Positions 1 through 10,915 of a stretch of 64,000 nucleotides of DNA are shown in pieces; position 1 is the stretch's first letter, and the number at the start of each line of letters is the position of its first letter. A program made the position numbers and the translations under genes. The DNA lies in contig CATLEG010000001.1 of NCBI GenBank assembly GCA_949915775.1, forward strand, positions 13,292 to 77,291, in the 5' to 3' direction. This DNA is from an uncultured Candidatus Melainabacteria bacterium. Lineage in GTDB: Bacteria; Cyanobacteriota; Vampirovibrionia; Gastranaerophilales; Gastranaerophilaceae. Under the pieces are notes generated by a model. That model had not been told where the DNA came from. It saw nothing but the letters and a program-made list of their open reading frames with translations, and searched no databases.

Positions 1-893
1 CAGTATTACGTGAAGAAGCCGGAAGATTAGTTTTTTCAACAGTTGAAGATATTTTAGATCAGGTTGGTGAATATTTTGCAAGTGTTTTAGATTTAGGTGA
101 TAGTTACACTGCAAAAGCTTTAGAATATGCTACTAGTAAAATTAAAGATATGTATATTCCATTAAAAAATTCTGAAAAATTTGAAATAGATCATGATAAT
201 ATGACTTGGGTTGATTCAACAACATTACGAACAGAAAATCACATGGGTTGGGTTAGTCATGCATATAAACGTCATAGTGGTGGTCATAACTGGAATTCCA
301 GTGCGATAAATATTAATAGTATGTTAAAAGCGTATTTAACATACTTTGAAGACTATAAAAACGGTGTTTCTACACTTGATTTATATGGCCAACAATATTT
401 AGATGTAAAAAGAGGACTTTTAGCAGAAAACAAACTTGTAACCGATAAAAAAGATTACATGTACACCTGGAAAACCGGTTCTGAAGTATCAAGTGACGAT
501 ATGGGCCAAGCCGCATTTTACGATGCATTGTTTAACCAATTATGCGCAAGAGGCTGGACAGAAAATGACGACATAACAAAAAACCAATATCTGCAAGAAA
601 TGTTACAGAGTGGTCGTCTATATGTTTCACGTACCAAAGATGACGGTTATTATTATCAAAGTAATTATGCAACCGACAGTTATATAAAAGAGGTTGCAGA
701 TGAAACTCTAATAGCTCATGCCGAAGCCAAATACAACACAGAAAAAGCTAAACTAAATCAAAAAGAAGAAATGCTAGATTTGAAAATGAAAAATTTAGAC
801 ACAGAAATTTCATCCTTAACAACTGAATACGACACAGTAAAAAATACAATATCTAAGAATATAGAAAAATCTTTCAAGCGGTATAATGCGTAA
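1..893 (+). CDS. 3' part of a hypothetical protein with C-terminal coiled coil (runs off the left edge)
   Basis: Frame of the 150..893 ORF is open back to position 3 ([20 protein letters not shown]...). C-terminus is heptad-rich ([34 protein letters not shown]). Confidence 0.75.
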   Translation, partial: VLREEAGRLVFSTVEDILDQVGEYFASVLDLGDSYTAKALEYATSKIKDMYIPLKNSEKFEIDHDNMTWVDSTTLRTENHMGWVSHAYKRHSGGHNWNSSAININSMLKAYLTYFEDYKNGVSTLDLYGQQYLDVKRGLLAENKLVTDKKDYMYTWKTGSEVSSDDMGQAAFYDALFNQLCARGWTENDDITKNQYLQEMLQSGRLYVSRTKDDGYYYQSNYATDSYIKEVADETLIAHAEAKYNTEKAKLNQKEEMLDLKMKNLDTEISSLTTEYDTVKNTISKNIEKSFKRYNA

Positions 894-937
894 TCTCTTA
901 TTATTCAAAACAAAAATATTTGTATTATAATGAAAAT

Positions 938-2740
938 ATGAAATATAGAGATAATGTAAGAAACTTTTGTATAATAGCCCACATTGACCATGGAAAATCT
1001 ACACTTGCCGACCGTTTGCTTGAAAAAACAGAAACAGTTGCTCAGCGCGATATGCAAAACCAGATTATGGATTCAATGGATATTGAACGTGAACGCGGAA
1101 TTACTATAAAATTAAATTCGGCAAGAATGAATTATAAAGCTAAGAATGGCAAAGATTATATTCTTAATCTTATTGATACACCGGGACACGTTGATTTTTC
1201 GTACGAAGTTTCTCGTTCTCTTGCGGCTTGCGAAGGTGCTTTGCTTATAGTTGATGCAACTCAAGGAGTTGAAGCGCAAACTCTTGCTAATGTTTATCTT
1301 GCAATAGAACAAAATTTGGAAATTATTCCCGTTATTAACAAAATTGACCTTCCTTCTGCTGATGTTGAGCGTGTAAAAGAGGAAATAGAAGAAGTTTTAG
1401 GAATTGATGCATCTTTGGCAATTCCTGTCAGTGCAAAAGCAGGTATTGGTATCGAGGAAGTTTTGGAATCTGTTGTAGAATTAATTCCGCCTCCGGTTGA
1501 TAATTCTGATAAACCTTTGAGAGCAATGGTTTTTGACAGCGCTTATGACCAGTATTTAGGAACTCTTTGTTTCTTTAAAATTATGGATGGTAAAATTAAA
1601 CTTGGCGATAAAGTTAAATTTATGGCATCCGGCAAAGAATACGATGTTGTAGAATTGGGTTATCAAACACCGATGAGAGTTCAGGTTGATGAGCTAGTTT
1701 GCGGTGATGTAGGATATTTTGCCGGTTCAATTAAAGAATTAACAAGATTTGTAGGTGACACAATTACAACTGTAGAAAATTCTGCAAAAGAACCTTTACC
1801 TGGTTATAAAGAAGCTTTACCAATGGTTTTTTCAGGAATGTATCCTGTTGATAATGACGATTATGCAGATTTGAAAGAGGCTCTGGAAAAACTTAAACTT
1901 AACGACAGCAGTATTACTTTTGAACCTGAAACTTCATCTGCTTTAGGCTTTGGTTTTAGATGCGGATTTTTGGGAATGCTGCATATGGAAATTGCTCAAG
2001 AACGTTTGGAACGAGAATACGGTCTTTCACTTGTGACAACAGCTCCATCTGTAGTCTATCATGTTTATAAAACAAATGGTGAAATGGTAGAAATTGACAA
2101 CCCTGCTAATTTACCTCCGGCTCAGTTAAGAGATTATATTGAAGAACCATATGTAAAAGTTCAAATTATTGCTCCAAAAGATTATGTCGGAACTTTGATG
2201 GATTTGGCACAAACCAAACGAGGTATATTTATTAATATGTCTTATATTGATAAATTCCGCGCAAGTCTTGAATATGAAATACCATTAAGCGAAGTTATTA
2301 CAGATTTTTATGATCAATTAAAGTCACGTACGCAAGGTTATGCAAGTATGGATTATGAATTTAAAGATTATAAACGCTCAAAACTTGTAAAATTAGATGT
2401 AATGCTTGCAGGTGAAGTTGTTGATGCTTTGTCTGTTATTTGTCATGAAGATAATGCTTTTTATATCGGTCAAAAATTAACAGCAAAATTGAAAGATATT
2501 ATTCCCCGTCAGTTGTTTGAAGTTCCTGTACAAGCGGCAATAGGCGGCAGAGTAATCGCAAGAACAAATATTAAAGCTATGCGTAAAAACGTTCTTGATA
2601 AATGTTATGGCGGAGATATTTCACGTAAGCGAAAATTATTAGAAAAACAAAAGAAGGGCAAAAAACGAATGAAATCTGTAGGACGTGTAGAAGTCCCTCA
2701 AGAAGCATTTATGGCTGTTTTGAGTCTTGATGAGGAATAA
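938..2740 (+). CDS. lepA: Elongation factor 4 (LepA)
   Basis: [36 protein letters not shown]-terminal [28 protein letters not shown]938 lies 6 nt after TATAAT (926-931). Confidence 0.98.
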   Translation: MKYRDNVRNFCIIAHIDHGKSTLADRLLEKTETVAQRDMQNQIMDSMDIERERGITIKLNSARMNYKAKNGKDYILNLIDTPGHVDFSYEVSRSLAACEGALLIVDATQGVEAQTLANVYLAIEQNLEIIPVINKIDLPSADVERVKEEIEEVLGIDASLAIPVSAKAGIGIEEVLESVVELIPPPVDNSDKPLRAMVFDSAYDQYLGTLCFFKIMDGKIKLGDKVKFMASGKEYDVVELGYQTPMRVQVDELVCGDVGYFAGSIKELTRFVGDTITTVENSAKEPLPGYKEALPMVFSGMYPVDNDDYADLKEALEKLKLNDSSITFEPETSSALGFGFRCGFLGMLHMEIAQERLEREYGLSLVTTAPSVVYHVYKTNGEMVEIDNPANLPPAQLRDYIEEPYVKVQIIAPKDYVGTLMDLAQTKRGIFINMSYIDKFRASLEYEIPLSEVITDFYDQLKSRTQGYASMDYEFKDYKRSKLVKLDVMLAGEVVDALSVICHEDNAFYIGQKLTAKLKDIIPRQLFEVPVQAAIGGRVIARTNIKAMRKNVLDKCYGGDISRKRKLLEKQKKGKKRMKSVGRVEVPQEAFMAVLSLDEE

Positions 2741-2957
2741 TTTTTTCATCAATAATTTTTCTTGTTGCCTCAGTTCTGTTTTTTACTCCCAATTTAATGT
2801 ATATATTTGTCAAATTTGCTTTTACAGTTGAAGGGCTTATAAATAAAGTTTTTGCTATTTCTTCATTGCTCATCCCAAATGCTAATAAATACATTACGTC
2901 AAATTCTCTCTGTGTAAAATTGTACTCTTTACTATCTTCTGATTTAATCATTTTCAT
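2709..2957 (-). CDS. Stand-alone LuxR/GerE-type HTH regulator
   Basis: [51 protein letters not shown]. Overlaps the lepA 3' end by 32 nt (convergent). Confidence 0.9.
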   Translation of the reverse strand: MKMIKSEDSKEYNFTQREFDVMYLLAFGMSNEEIAKTLFISPSTVKANLTNIYIKLGVKNRTEATRKIIDEKIIPHQDSKQP

Positions 2958-3203
2958 TGTTCCTGTAATATTCTTTATCCTTTTTCATACTAGCAGAATG
3001 AAATATTTTTTGTATTAGACGAAAGTCTACATTTCAGTCATACAGCAGAAATCAGAGAAAATAGGCTAAAATCAACATGTAAAGAAATATTACAAAATAT
3101 GTATATAGTATATATGATTTAGGCAATTTTTAAATACAAAAATACTTTATATAAATATAGAGAATCAAAAAGGAAAATAGAGTATAATATAAGGAGAATA
3201 GAT

Positions 3204-3422
3204 ATGGACCAAATCGGACGTTTAAATGCACTACATGCAGCAACTAATATTGCAAAAACATCAAATGTTGGTAAAGCAGAAAGTACACAATTGTTTAATA
3301 CAAAACCTGCAAATAATGAAGGTTTTTATCCTGGACTAAACTTATCTGTTGAAAAACGAATGGAAGCACAAATGAACAATTCTTCGTTTTTCCAGGATTT
3401 GAATAACATTTTTGGAATATAA
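3204..3422 (+). CDS. Small hypothetical protein (72 aa)
   Basis: AAGGAG RBS before ATG; followed immediately by a terminator. Confidence 0.7.
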   Translation: MDQIGRLNALHAATNIAKTSNVGKAESTQLFNTKPANNEGFYPGLNLSVEKRMEAQMNNSSFFQDLNNIFGI

Positions 3423-3447
3423 AAAGACCGAAAGGTCTTTTTTTTTT
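3421..3447. terminator. Bidirectional intrinsic terminator
   Basis: AAAAAGACC-GAAA-GGTCTTTTTTTT between convergent genes. Confidence 0.9.
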
Positions 3448-4360
3448 ATGCTCTTGGATGTGTCTGATTATAAACTTCTTTTAGATGACGAGTTGATACA
3501 TGAGTATAAATTTGTGTGTTAGAAATACTTGCATGACCAAGAAGTTCTTGTACAATTCTCAAATCAGCACCGTTTTCTATTAAATGTGTTGCAAAACTGT
3601 GTCGAAATACGTGTGGTGTAACATGTTTTGGCAAATTAATTTTTTCAACTATTTCATTTATGACTTTTCTTACGGTTTTTGTTTGAAGTCTGTAACCGGT
3701 GTTATTTATAAATACAGGTGAATCTTCATTCATTGGCGGAGTTGGAAAACCTTTTGGAATTAATGTTCTTGCACTTTCAATATATCTTTCAAGATAATTT
3801 TTTGCCCTGTCTGTTATCAAAACTATTCTTTCTTTTGACCCTTTTCCAAAAACTCTTATTTCGTTTTCTTCCAGATTTAAATCTCCAAAATTTAAACCTG
3901 CAAGCTCTGAAATGCGCATTCCTGTAGCCCATAAAAGTTCAAGGATTGTTCTGTTTCTGTATCCTGAAGGGGTTTCTATTTTTGTATTATTTAAAATTTG
4001 TTCAACCTCATCCGGTGTTAAAAATTTGGGCAATGATTTTGAGCGTTTTGGATTTGTTAAACTCATTGCCGGATTTGAATCAACTTTTCGTTCTCTATAT
4101 AAATATTTGTAAAAAGTTCTTAATGATGCAATTTTTCTGGAAATAGTTGTTTTTTTGTAATTAAATCGCTGAATAAAATGCATATATTCACGAATTTTTG
4201 AAAAATTAACGTCTTCGCAGGATTGTTCATCCATCCATACAATAAAGCTTAAAATGTCCGAACAATACGCTTTTGCAGTATGTTCTGAAAAGTTTTTTTC
4301 TGCAATTATATATGATTTAAAATCTTCCAAATCCTGTTTCGAATTTTCGTTTAAACCCAT
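3446..4360 (-). CDS. xerC: Tyrosine recombinase XerC-like
   Basis: LELLWATGMRISEL, GKGSKER, HVFRHSFATHL, QELLGHASISNTQIYTH. Confidence 0.88.
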   Translation of the reverse strand: MGLNENSKQDLEDFKSYIIAEKNFSEHTAKAYCSDILSFIVWMDEQSCEDVNFSKIREYMHFIQRFNYKKTTISRKIASLRTFYKYLYRERKVDSNPAMSLTNPKRSKSLPKFLTPDEVEQILNNTKIETPSGYRNRTILELLWATGMRISELAGLNFGDLNLEENEIRVFGKGSKERIVLITDRAKNYLERYIESARTLIPKGFPTPPMNEDSPVFINNTGYRLQTKTVRKVINEIVEKINLPKHVTPHVFRHSFATHLIENGADLRIVQELLGHASISNTQIYTHVSTRHLKEVYNQTHPRA

Positions 4361-4467
4361 GATTTTCCTTGTTTTCTACTTCATTTACATTATTGATTTT
4401 TTATATTCATTATTATACAATATTTTTAGAAGAATTAAAAATTATTAACAAACTCCAGGAGAAAATA

Positions 4468-6330
4468 ATGAATTATAAAAAATTGTTAATATCATCAATA
4501 GTCGTTATTGCTGCCCTATCAACACAGGTATATGCTAAAGAATTACAGGCTCAAGTACAAAAAAATACTGCCGGAGTACCAAATATTTACTCTGAACAAA
4601 AAGTTGCCCCAATTAAATCTTTATCTCAGCCTTATCCTGAAATCGCAAAATTAATCGAATATAATCACTGTGATGAAGCTGATAAAAAATTACAAGAAAT
4701 GTTAAATTCAAAACCGAATGACCCAAATCTTTTGGCTTTGAAAGCTGTTTCACAAGCTAAACAACATAAGCTTGATCCAGCTCAATTTGAATTGGATAAA
4801 TTAATTAAGAGAGCTCCGAACAATCCAATTGTTCACTATGCTCAAGGTTATGTTTATATGCAAAGACAAACAGCCTCTGACGTTGATTATATCAAAACAA
4901 CAAGAGGTCTTATCAATTCTGCATTAAAAGAATTTGTTACAGCTGTAAATTTAGATAAAAATTATTATCAAGCTTACAACGCAATGGGTGTTGCAACTTT
5001 AAAGCTTGGTAACAAAGACGATGCAATGGATTTATTTAACACAGCATTAAAAGTAAATCCTGGTTTTGCAAACGCATACGATAATGTTGGTGTTATTGAA
5101 ATGATGAATGGAAACCTTGATGCTGCTGAAAAGAATTTTATGAATGCAATGAAATTCAATACCCACAATCCTACAGCATGGTATCATATGGCACAAGTTG
5201 AAACTCGCCGCGGAAATTATTCTAAAGCGTTAACTTGGGTTAACCACTCATTGCACGTAAATCCAAATTCTTCTCCAGCTTTAACTTTGCAAGGTGAATT
5301 GTACTTAAAACAAGGTAACCAGGCTGCCGCAATTAATTCTTTCAAAAAAGCTCAAATTGTTAAACCGGAAAACGCAAGACCTTACATGAACCTTGCTACA
5401 ATTTATGAAAATCGTGCAGATGAAGAATTTGCAATGGAACAATTGAAAACCGCTCTTGCAATTAATCCGAACAATGCTGAAAGCAAATTAAGAATTGCAA
5501 ATATGGCGCTTCATATTAGAAAATACGATCAAGCACTTGATTATTATACAAAACTTGTCGGCGATTCAAACTATAATGACGATGCAATAATCGGTCTTGC
5601 AAATACATATTACGAAATGTCAAAAGAACGCGGTGAAAATCATGGTATTACAACAAACCGCGAAATTTATCTTGCATATGACTACATAAACAAAGCGATT
5701 GAAAAATGTCCTGAAGATTTAGAACTTCATCTTGCAAAACTTAAACTTGCAAGACTTATCCACCAAGAACCGCTTTCTCGTGACAGTTTGAACTATATTG
5801 TTCAATCTGCTGGAAACAACTTAATGGATAATGTAATTAAAGGTGAAGCATATCTTGCTTTAGGCAGAGAAAAAGATGCTGTTTATACATTTGAAAACGC
5901 TGTAAACTTCTCTAACTCAGTAGAAGATGATTTATATTTAGGTGAAATTCTTGTTCATAACAAACAATTTAGAACAGCAAGAGTTGCACTTCAAAAAGCA
6001 TTAATGAAAGATCCTGATAATATTATCGCTAAAAACGGAATCAATTATATTAATCTTTGCGAAATTAAATCAAATGAATTCTTTGATATTGCGCAAAGAC
6101 AATATCAAGAAAACAATTACGCATCAGCAATTGAATATTGTAACCGCGCAATTGATTTTTATCACAACAGCCCTCAAATTGCAAAACTTAAAGCAATGTC
6201 TTATGAAAAAGAACTTAACTATCGTGGAGCTGTAAAATATTATCAGCAATATTTATCAATGAATCCAGATGCTGCTGATAAAGAAGCTGTTATTCAGAAA
6301 ATAAATAGTTACGCGCCGAAATCAAACTAA
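4468..6330 (+). CDS. Secreted multi-TPR protein
   Basis: AGGAG RBS at 4457. Signal peptide MNYKKLLISSIVVIAALSTQVYA. Many TPR-like repeats (AYNAMGVATLKLG, AYDNVGV, AWYHMAQ). Confidence 0.88.
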   Translation: MNYKKLLISSIVVIAALSTQVYAKELQAQVQKNTAGVPNIYSEQKVAPIKSLSQPYPEIAKLIEYNHCDEADKKLQEMLNSKPNDPNLLALKAVSQAKQHKLDPAQFELDKLIKRAPNNPIVHYAQGYVYMQRQTASDVDYIKTTRGLINSALKEFVTAVNLDKNYYQAYNAMGVATLKLGNKDDAMDLFNTALKVNPGFANAYDNVGVIEMMNGNLDAAEKNFMNAMKFNTHNPTAWYHMAQVETRRGNYSKALTWVNHSLHVNPNSSPALTLQGELYLKQGNQAAAINSFKKAQIVKPENARPYMNLATIYENRADEEFAMEQLKTALAINPNNAESKLRIANMALHIRKYDQALDYYTKLVGDSNYNDDAIIGLANTYYEMSKERGENHGITTNREIYLAYDYINKAIEKCPEDLELHLAKLKLARLIHQEPLSRDSLNYIVQSAGNNLMDNVIKGEAYLALGREKDAVYTFENAVNFSNSVEDDLYLGEILVHNKQFRTARVALQKALMKDPDNIIAKNGINYINLCEIKSNEFFDIAQRQYQENNYASAIEYCNRAIDFYHNSPQIAKLKAMSYEKELNYRGAVKYYQQYLSMNPDAADKEAVIQKINSYAPKSN

Positions 6331-6584
6331 TGAAAAAATTCGATATTCGAAAAACATTTGAAATATTTTTGAGAGAGCCCATCAGTGTATTAACTGAAGG
6401 GCTGTTTCAACTTGTAAATATTGAGAATAATATTTTTAGTCAAAAGCCGTATATAGGTGTAGATTTTGTGAATAAAAAAACACAAATTACGGTAGTTAAC
6501 AATGAAAAAATGTACAAAATGTTTCAAACAGTTTTATTCAAACGCCGCCTAAAAGAGCAAAAAGAAAAAGCTATGACTAAGTAA
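6330..6584 (+). CDS. Hypothetical protein (84 aa)
   Basis: Start overlaps the TPR gene stop (TAATG). Confidence 0.65.
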   Translation: MKKFDIRKTFEIFLREPISVLTEGLFQLVNIENNIFSQKPYIGVDFVNKKTQITVVNNEKMYKMFQTVLFKRRLKEQKEKAMTK

Positions 6585-6671
6585 ATGCAATTTTTCTTTC
6601 TCTCTTTTCAGGGGCGAGGGGTTGAATTAAAAGAGTGGATAAGATAATATGTGAATAAGTTCTTATCGTGT

Positions 6672-6685
6672 GCTACGTACGTAGC
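6672..6685. repeat. REP-like palindrome GCTACGTACGTAGC
   Basis: Perfect 14-bp palindrome; related GGCTACGTGCGTA(A/G)CA copies lie in the 14112-14223 tandem repeat. Confidence 0.6.
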
Positions 6686-6745
6686 CCTGCCGGTAGATAT
6701 TGATATAGATTTTGCAGATTCTTGATAAGTGTCGCACACAGTAAT

Positions 6746-6960
6746 TTATCCCCTCTCCCGCAAAGGGCGAGGGGATAAGTCATATTCCCTCTCCGAGGGA
6801 GAGGAGATCTGCTCCCTCCTTTTGTAAGGGAGGGTTGGGGTGGGTTTTACCCCTCACCCGAATTCTAACAACTCGCAAGCTCGTGGAGAAGTCTACCCTC
6901 TCCCGCAAAGGGCGAGGGGATAAGTCATATTCTCTCGCCGAGGGAGAGGGTTAGGGAGAG
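6746..6960. repeat. Cluster of CCCTCTCCC...GGGAGAGG palindromic (REP-like) repeats
   Basis: A 36-bp direct repeat (6751-6786 = 6896-6931); hairpin TTATCCCCTCTCCC-GCAAA-GGGCGAGGGGATAA; further CCCTCTCC/GGAGAGG hairpins. GC-rich island in an AT-rich intergenic region. Confidence 0.85.
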
Positions 6961-6987
6961 AGCTTGATTGAAGATGCTGAGATAAAT

Positions 6988-7563
6988 TTAATGTTCATTA
7001 ATAAGAGTATCAATATGTTTAAAGATATTCTCATTATAGCGGCTGTCGACTGCGCTGTATGGCAACACTATTCCGCCAAATTGTTTTTCTACATTTTTTA
7101 TGACATTTAATGTTTTGGAACGCGGCACATAATCCATTTTGGTTACTATTGTGAAAATTGGCAGGTTATACGCTTCAACCCATTCACGCATCTGAAAATC
7201 ATTCTTTTGAATGTCATGACGTCCATCAACAAGTTGTATTAAAGATGTTATTTGTTCTCGTTTAAGCAAATATTCTTCAAGATATTTTTGCCATCTGTTT
7301 TGTGCTTCTTTAGAAACTTTTGCATAACCATATCCGGGTAAATCTGCAATCATAAATTTATCTGCAAATTGAAAAAAGTTTATTAATCTTGTTTTCCCGG
7401 GAGTATTAGAGGTTTTGGCAAGTTTTTTTTGATTTGCCATTCCATTTATAAAAGACGATTTGCCGACATTTGAACGACCCAAAAGCGGAAATTCCGGTAA
7501 TTTATAATCCGGACACTGAGAAAGTTTTTCAGCACTTATCAAAAATTTTGCCTGCATATACAT
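6988..7563 (-). CDS. yihA: Ribosome biogenesis GTPase YihA/YsxC
   Basis: GRSNVGKSS, SNTPGKTR, DLPGYGY, TKMD. Confidence 0.95.
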   Translation of the reverse strand: MYMQAKFLISAEKLSQCPDYKLPEFPLLGRSNVGKSSFINGMANQKKLAKTSNTPGKTRLINFFQFADKFMIADLPGYGYAKVSKEAQNRWQKYLEEYLLKREQITSLIQLVDGRHDIQKNDFQMREWVEAYNLPIFTIVTKMDYVPRSKTLNVIKNVEKQFGGIVLPYSAVDSRYNENIFKHIDTLINEH

Positions 7564-7584
7564 AAACTTATAATAACATAAAAA

Positions 7585-9123
7585 TTAATTGTGTTTTAAT
7601 TTTTTAATTAATAACATTAACGGGATTACTGCGAAACAAAGAAGTCCGAAAATTCTGAAAGAATCAATAAACGCCCAAAGTGTTGACTGCTTTATAAGCT
7701 GTCCATATTGTGAATATTGTGCCATATATTGAGCTACAGAGCCTTCTGTATATTGCATTAAAGCTCCTGCTGTTGATTGAACACGCTCTATAAATGCAGG
7801 ATTAAGCTCACTCATTTTACCGACAAGCATATATTGATGAATTTGTGCAAAACGCGTTAACATTGTTGCAACTAAAGATGTACCGATTGCACTTCCTATG
7901 TTTTTTAATAAGTTTTGAAGCCCTGTTGCATTTGTCATCTGATCGTTTCTTAATGTTGCGACAGACAAATTCATAATAGGAACCATTGAAAGTCCCATAC
8001 CTAAACCCATAAAATAATTTGGAATTGCAATATTCATGTTTGATATTTGTAAATTCAAAGATCCAAATACCAAACTTGACCCGCCAATTAATGCAAGCCC
8101 TATTACAACAAAAAGCCTGTTATCAATTTTGTTTGATAATAATGCTGTCATTACCATTGCAGTCATACTTCCAAAACCTCTCGGCATCATTGTTGCGCCG
8201 CTTAAAAAGGCAGTATATCCCATCATACTCTGCAAAAATTGCGGTAAAATTGCAAGTGATGCATACAATACAGCCTGAATTACAACTTGAATTATTGTAC
8301 CTGCTGAAAAATTTCTGTCTTTAAATACAGATAAATCAACAAGAGAATGTTTATTAGTAAGCTGCGAATGGAAAAACAATACACATGCAATCATAGAAAT
8401 TGTAAATGTCCAGCAAATCCATGCTGCATTAAACCAATCAGCATTATTTCCTTTATCAAGAACTGTTTGTAGAGTAACAAGCCAGATTGTCAAATAGAAA
8501 AACCCTTTACCGTCAATTTTCACATTTTTTTGTTTACGCGCATAAGGCGGATCTTCAACAAGTCTTTTTGAAAGAATTGCTGCGATACATCCAAATGGTA
8601 CATTAATATAAAATATCCAAGGCCATGTCCAGTTATCTGTAATCCATCCGCCAAGAACAGGCCCGATAATCGGTGCCAAAATTACTCCCATTCCAAATAT
8701 TGACATTGCAAGTCCGCGCTTTTCTTTTGGAAAAGCTTCTAACATTATTGCCTGAGAAATAGGCAAAATTCCACCACCGCCAAAACCTTGTAAAATTCTT
8801 GCAAAAATCATAAATTCGATATTTTTAGCCATACCGCAAAGCATTGATGCAATTGTAAAAAGCATTATACTTATGATAAAAAAGTTTTTACGTCCAAAAA
8901 CCTTACTGAAGAAATCAACGGCAGGAATCACAATACCAGCGGCGATTAAGTAAGAAGTCAAAATCCACATGCTCTCATCGCGAGTTGCAGAAAAACTTCC
9001 TGCCATATGAGGCAAAGCTACGTTACCGATAGTTCCGTCAAGCACATAAATAAATACCGCAAGCATTACGGGTATAATCATTATCCAAGGGTTTACGGTT
9101 GGTTTCCAGTTTTCAGTATTCAT
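7585..9123 (-). CDS. emrB: DHA2-family (EmrB/QacA) MFS efflux transporter, copy 1
   Basis: LDGTIGNVALPHM, ARILQGFGGG, GPVLGGWITDNWTWPWIFYINVPFG. The real start is likely ATG9123 after AAGGAA; the tracked TTG start lies inside a repeat. Confidence 0.92.
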   Translation of the reverse strand: MNTENWKPTVNPWIMIIPVMLAVFIYVLDGTIGNVALPHMAGSFSATRDESMWILTSYLIAAGIVIPAVDFFSKVFGRKNFFIISIMLFTIASMLCGMAKNIEFMIFARILQGFGGGGILPISQAIMLEAFPKEKRGLAMSIFGMGVILAPIIGPVLGGWITDNWTWPWIFYINVPFGCIAAILSKRLVEDPPYARKQKNVKIDGKGFFYLTIWLVTLQTVLDKGNNADWFNAAWICWTFTISMIACVLFFHSQLTNKHSLVDLSVFKDRNFSAGTIIQVVIQAVLYASLAILPQFLQSMMGYTAFLSGATMMPRGFGSMTAMVMTALLSNKIDNRLFVVIGLALIGGSSLVFGSLNLQISNMNIAIPNYFMGLGMGLSMVPIMNLSVATLRNDQMTNATGLQNLLKNIGSAIGTSLVATMLTRFAQIHQYMLVGKMSELNPAFIERVQSTAGALMQYTEGSVAQYMAQYSQYGQLIKQSTLWAFIDSFRIFGLLCFAVIPLMLLIKKLKHN

Positions 9124-9142
9124 TTCTGTGTAATATTCCTTG

Positions 9143-9248
9143 TTAAGAAGACCGGATGTCAAGATGTCAGGAGGTCAAGCCATTATAGGTGAGCTTTGCT
9201 CACGAAATAAGCCTGCCTTCCTGTCTTCTTATCTTCTGTTCTTCTATT
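9143..9248. repeat. Octamer-arm repeat element, copy A
   Basis: Left arm AAGACCGGATGTCAAGATGTCAGGAGGTCAAGC, core hairpin GTGAGC-TTT-GCTCAC, right arm GCCTGCCTTCCTGTCTTCTTATCTTCTGTTCTTC. Both arms have 8-nt periodicity. Confidence 0.9.
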
Positions 9249-10795
9249 TTATTCTCTCCCTTTAATAAAAACATAAAAGGAATTAAAATAAAACAGGCTA
9301 TTGCAAAAACTTTAAATGTTGTCATATAAGCGCATAATGTGGATTGCTGGATTAATTGATTATAAAGCAGTTTACCAGCCATATTTAAAGAATTTGCCAT
9401 GTCTCCCGCCTGATTAATAAATGAGCCCGCATACATTTGTAATCTGTCTGAAAATGCAGGATTTAATTCTGTCATATTTTTAACAAGTCCTGATTGATGT
9501 ACCTGTGAAAATCTTGAAATCATTGTTGCAACAAGAGAAGTCCCAACAGCCCCGCCGATTGTTTTTAAGAGGTTTTGAAGTCCTGATGCGTTTGTCATTT
9601 GGTCGTTTCTTAAGGTTATACAAGATAGAGTTGTAATTGGCATAAATGAGAACACCAATCCAAGTCCGAAAATAAAATTCGGTATTGCAATATTCATCGG
9701 GTTAATTTGAAGGTTTAATAATCCTAACATCCAACCGCCTGTTGCAAGACAGCAAAGTCCAATGATACCATAAGTTTTATAACTTATACGTCCTCCCAGA
9801 CCTCCAAAAATTATTGTTGCAGTTAAACATCCAAGTCCTCGCGGAGCAATAGCCAATCCGCTTAAGAATGAATCGTAACCCATCATATATTGGAGCATTT
9901 GAGGTAAAATTGCCAAAGATGCCAAAAGTACCGCGTTAACAAGGATTAACATGCCTGTCCCGAAAAGATAATTTGTATCTTTTAAAACATCTAATTTAAC
10001 AAGCGGATTTTTACCTTTAACCTGTGAATAGAAAAATAATATAGCACCAGTCAGCGCAATTGCACTCAGCCAGCAAATCCATGGCGCATTAAACCAATCG
10101 GCATCATTACCTTTATCAAAAACGATCTGCAAAGGAACTAACCAAACACAAAGCCATAAAAATCCGAATTTATCAAGATGTGTGCCGGCCTGTTTTCTTG
10201 CATACGGCGGGTCTTGCAGGAATTTTTTAGCCAGAGCTATACACAAAAATCCAACCGGCATGTTGATGAAGAAAATGTAAGGCCAAGACCAGTTTTCAGT
10301 AATCCATCCACCGACAATAGGACCTAAAATAGGAGCTACAACAACAACCATACCAAATACAGCCATTGCTTTGTTTCTATCTTCACCAGAAAAACTTTCC
10401 ATAGTAACAGCTTGTGCCATAGGCATTAAACATCCGCCGCCAAACCCTTGCATTGCACGAGCAATTACAATCATTCCTATAGAATTTGAAATTCCGCATA
10501 AAAACGAAGCAAGAGTGAAAATAAACACCGCAAGCATGAACAAATTTCTGCGGCCAAAAAACTTACACAAAAAGTCAATCATAGGGATTATGATACTGCT
10601 CGCCATTAAATAGCTTGTCAAAACCCAGATAGATTCTTGCGAACTAACCGAATATGACCCTGCAATATGTGGCAGCGCTACGTTTGCAACAGTTTCATCC
10701 AATGCATACATAAAAGTTGCAAGCATTACGGGTAATATCATTAACCATGGATTAACCGTCGGTTTCCATTCTTGAACGGTGTTTGTTTCTGACAT
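9200..10795 (-). CDS. emrB: DHA2-family MFS efflux transporter, copy 2
   Basis: Paralogue of 7585..9123 (WKPTVNPW, ARAMQGFGGG). The last ~15 codons (IEEQKIRRQEGRLIS) are encoded by repeat copy A. Confidence 0.92.
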   Translation of the reverse strand: MSETNTVQEWKPTVNPWLMILPVMLATFMYALDETVANVALPHIAGSYSVSSQESIWVLTSYLMASSIIIPMIDFLCKFFGRRNLFMLAVFIFTLASFLCGISNSIGMIVIARAMQGFGGGCLMPMAQAVTMESFSGEDRNKAMAVFGMVVVVAPILGPIVGGWITENWSWPYIFFINMPVGFLCIALAKKFLQDPPYARKQAGTHLDKFGFLWLCVWLVPLQIVFDKGNDADWFNAPWICWLSAIALTGAILFFYSQVKGKNPLVKLDVLKDTNYLFGTGMLILVNAVLLASLAILPQMLQYMMGYDSFLSGLAIAPRGLGCLTATIIFGGLGGRISYKTYGIIGLCCLATGGWMLGLLNLQINPMNIAIPNFIFGLGLVFSFMPITTLSCITLRNDQMTNASGLQNLLKTIGGAVGTSLVATMISRFSQVHQSGLVKNMTELNPAFSDRLQMYAGSFINQAGDMANSLNMAGKLLYNQLIQQSTLCAYMTTFKVFAIACFILIPFMFLLKGENKIEEQKIRRQEGRLIS

Positions 10796-10806
10796 AATAT
10801 TCCTTA

Positions 10807-10915
10807 TTAAGAAGACCGGATGTCAAGATGTCAGGAGGTCAAGCTAGTTTCGGTGCTACAAAAATATCTGTAAATAGCTTGTCTTCCTGTCCTCTTGCCT
10901 TCTGTTCTTCTATTT
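10807..10915. repeat. Octamer-arm repeat element, copy B
   Basis: Left arm identical to copy A over 38 nt; different core; right arm GCTTGTCTTCCTGTCCTCTTGCCTTCTGTTCTTC. Confidence 0.9.

Noticed and set aside
3446-4360. xerC and xerD (51979) as phage integrases marking islands
   Set aside because: They have the typical ~300-aa XerC/XerD size and motifs, housekeeping neighbours and no att repeats. No dif site was recognised in the window.
9124-9162. N-terminal extensions MTSGLL... on emrB1 and on tolC (12672)
   Set aside because: Both come from a TTG inside the octamer repeat; downstream ATGs have proper SD sequences.
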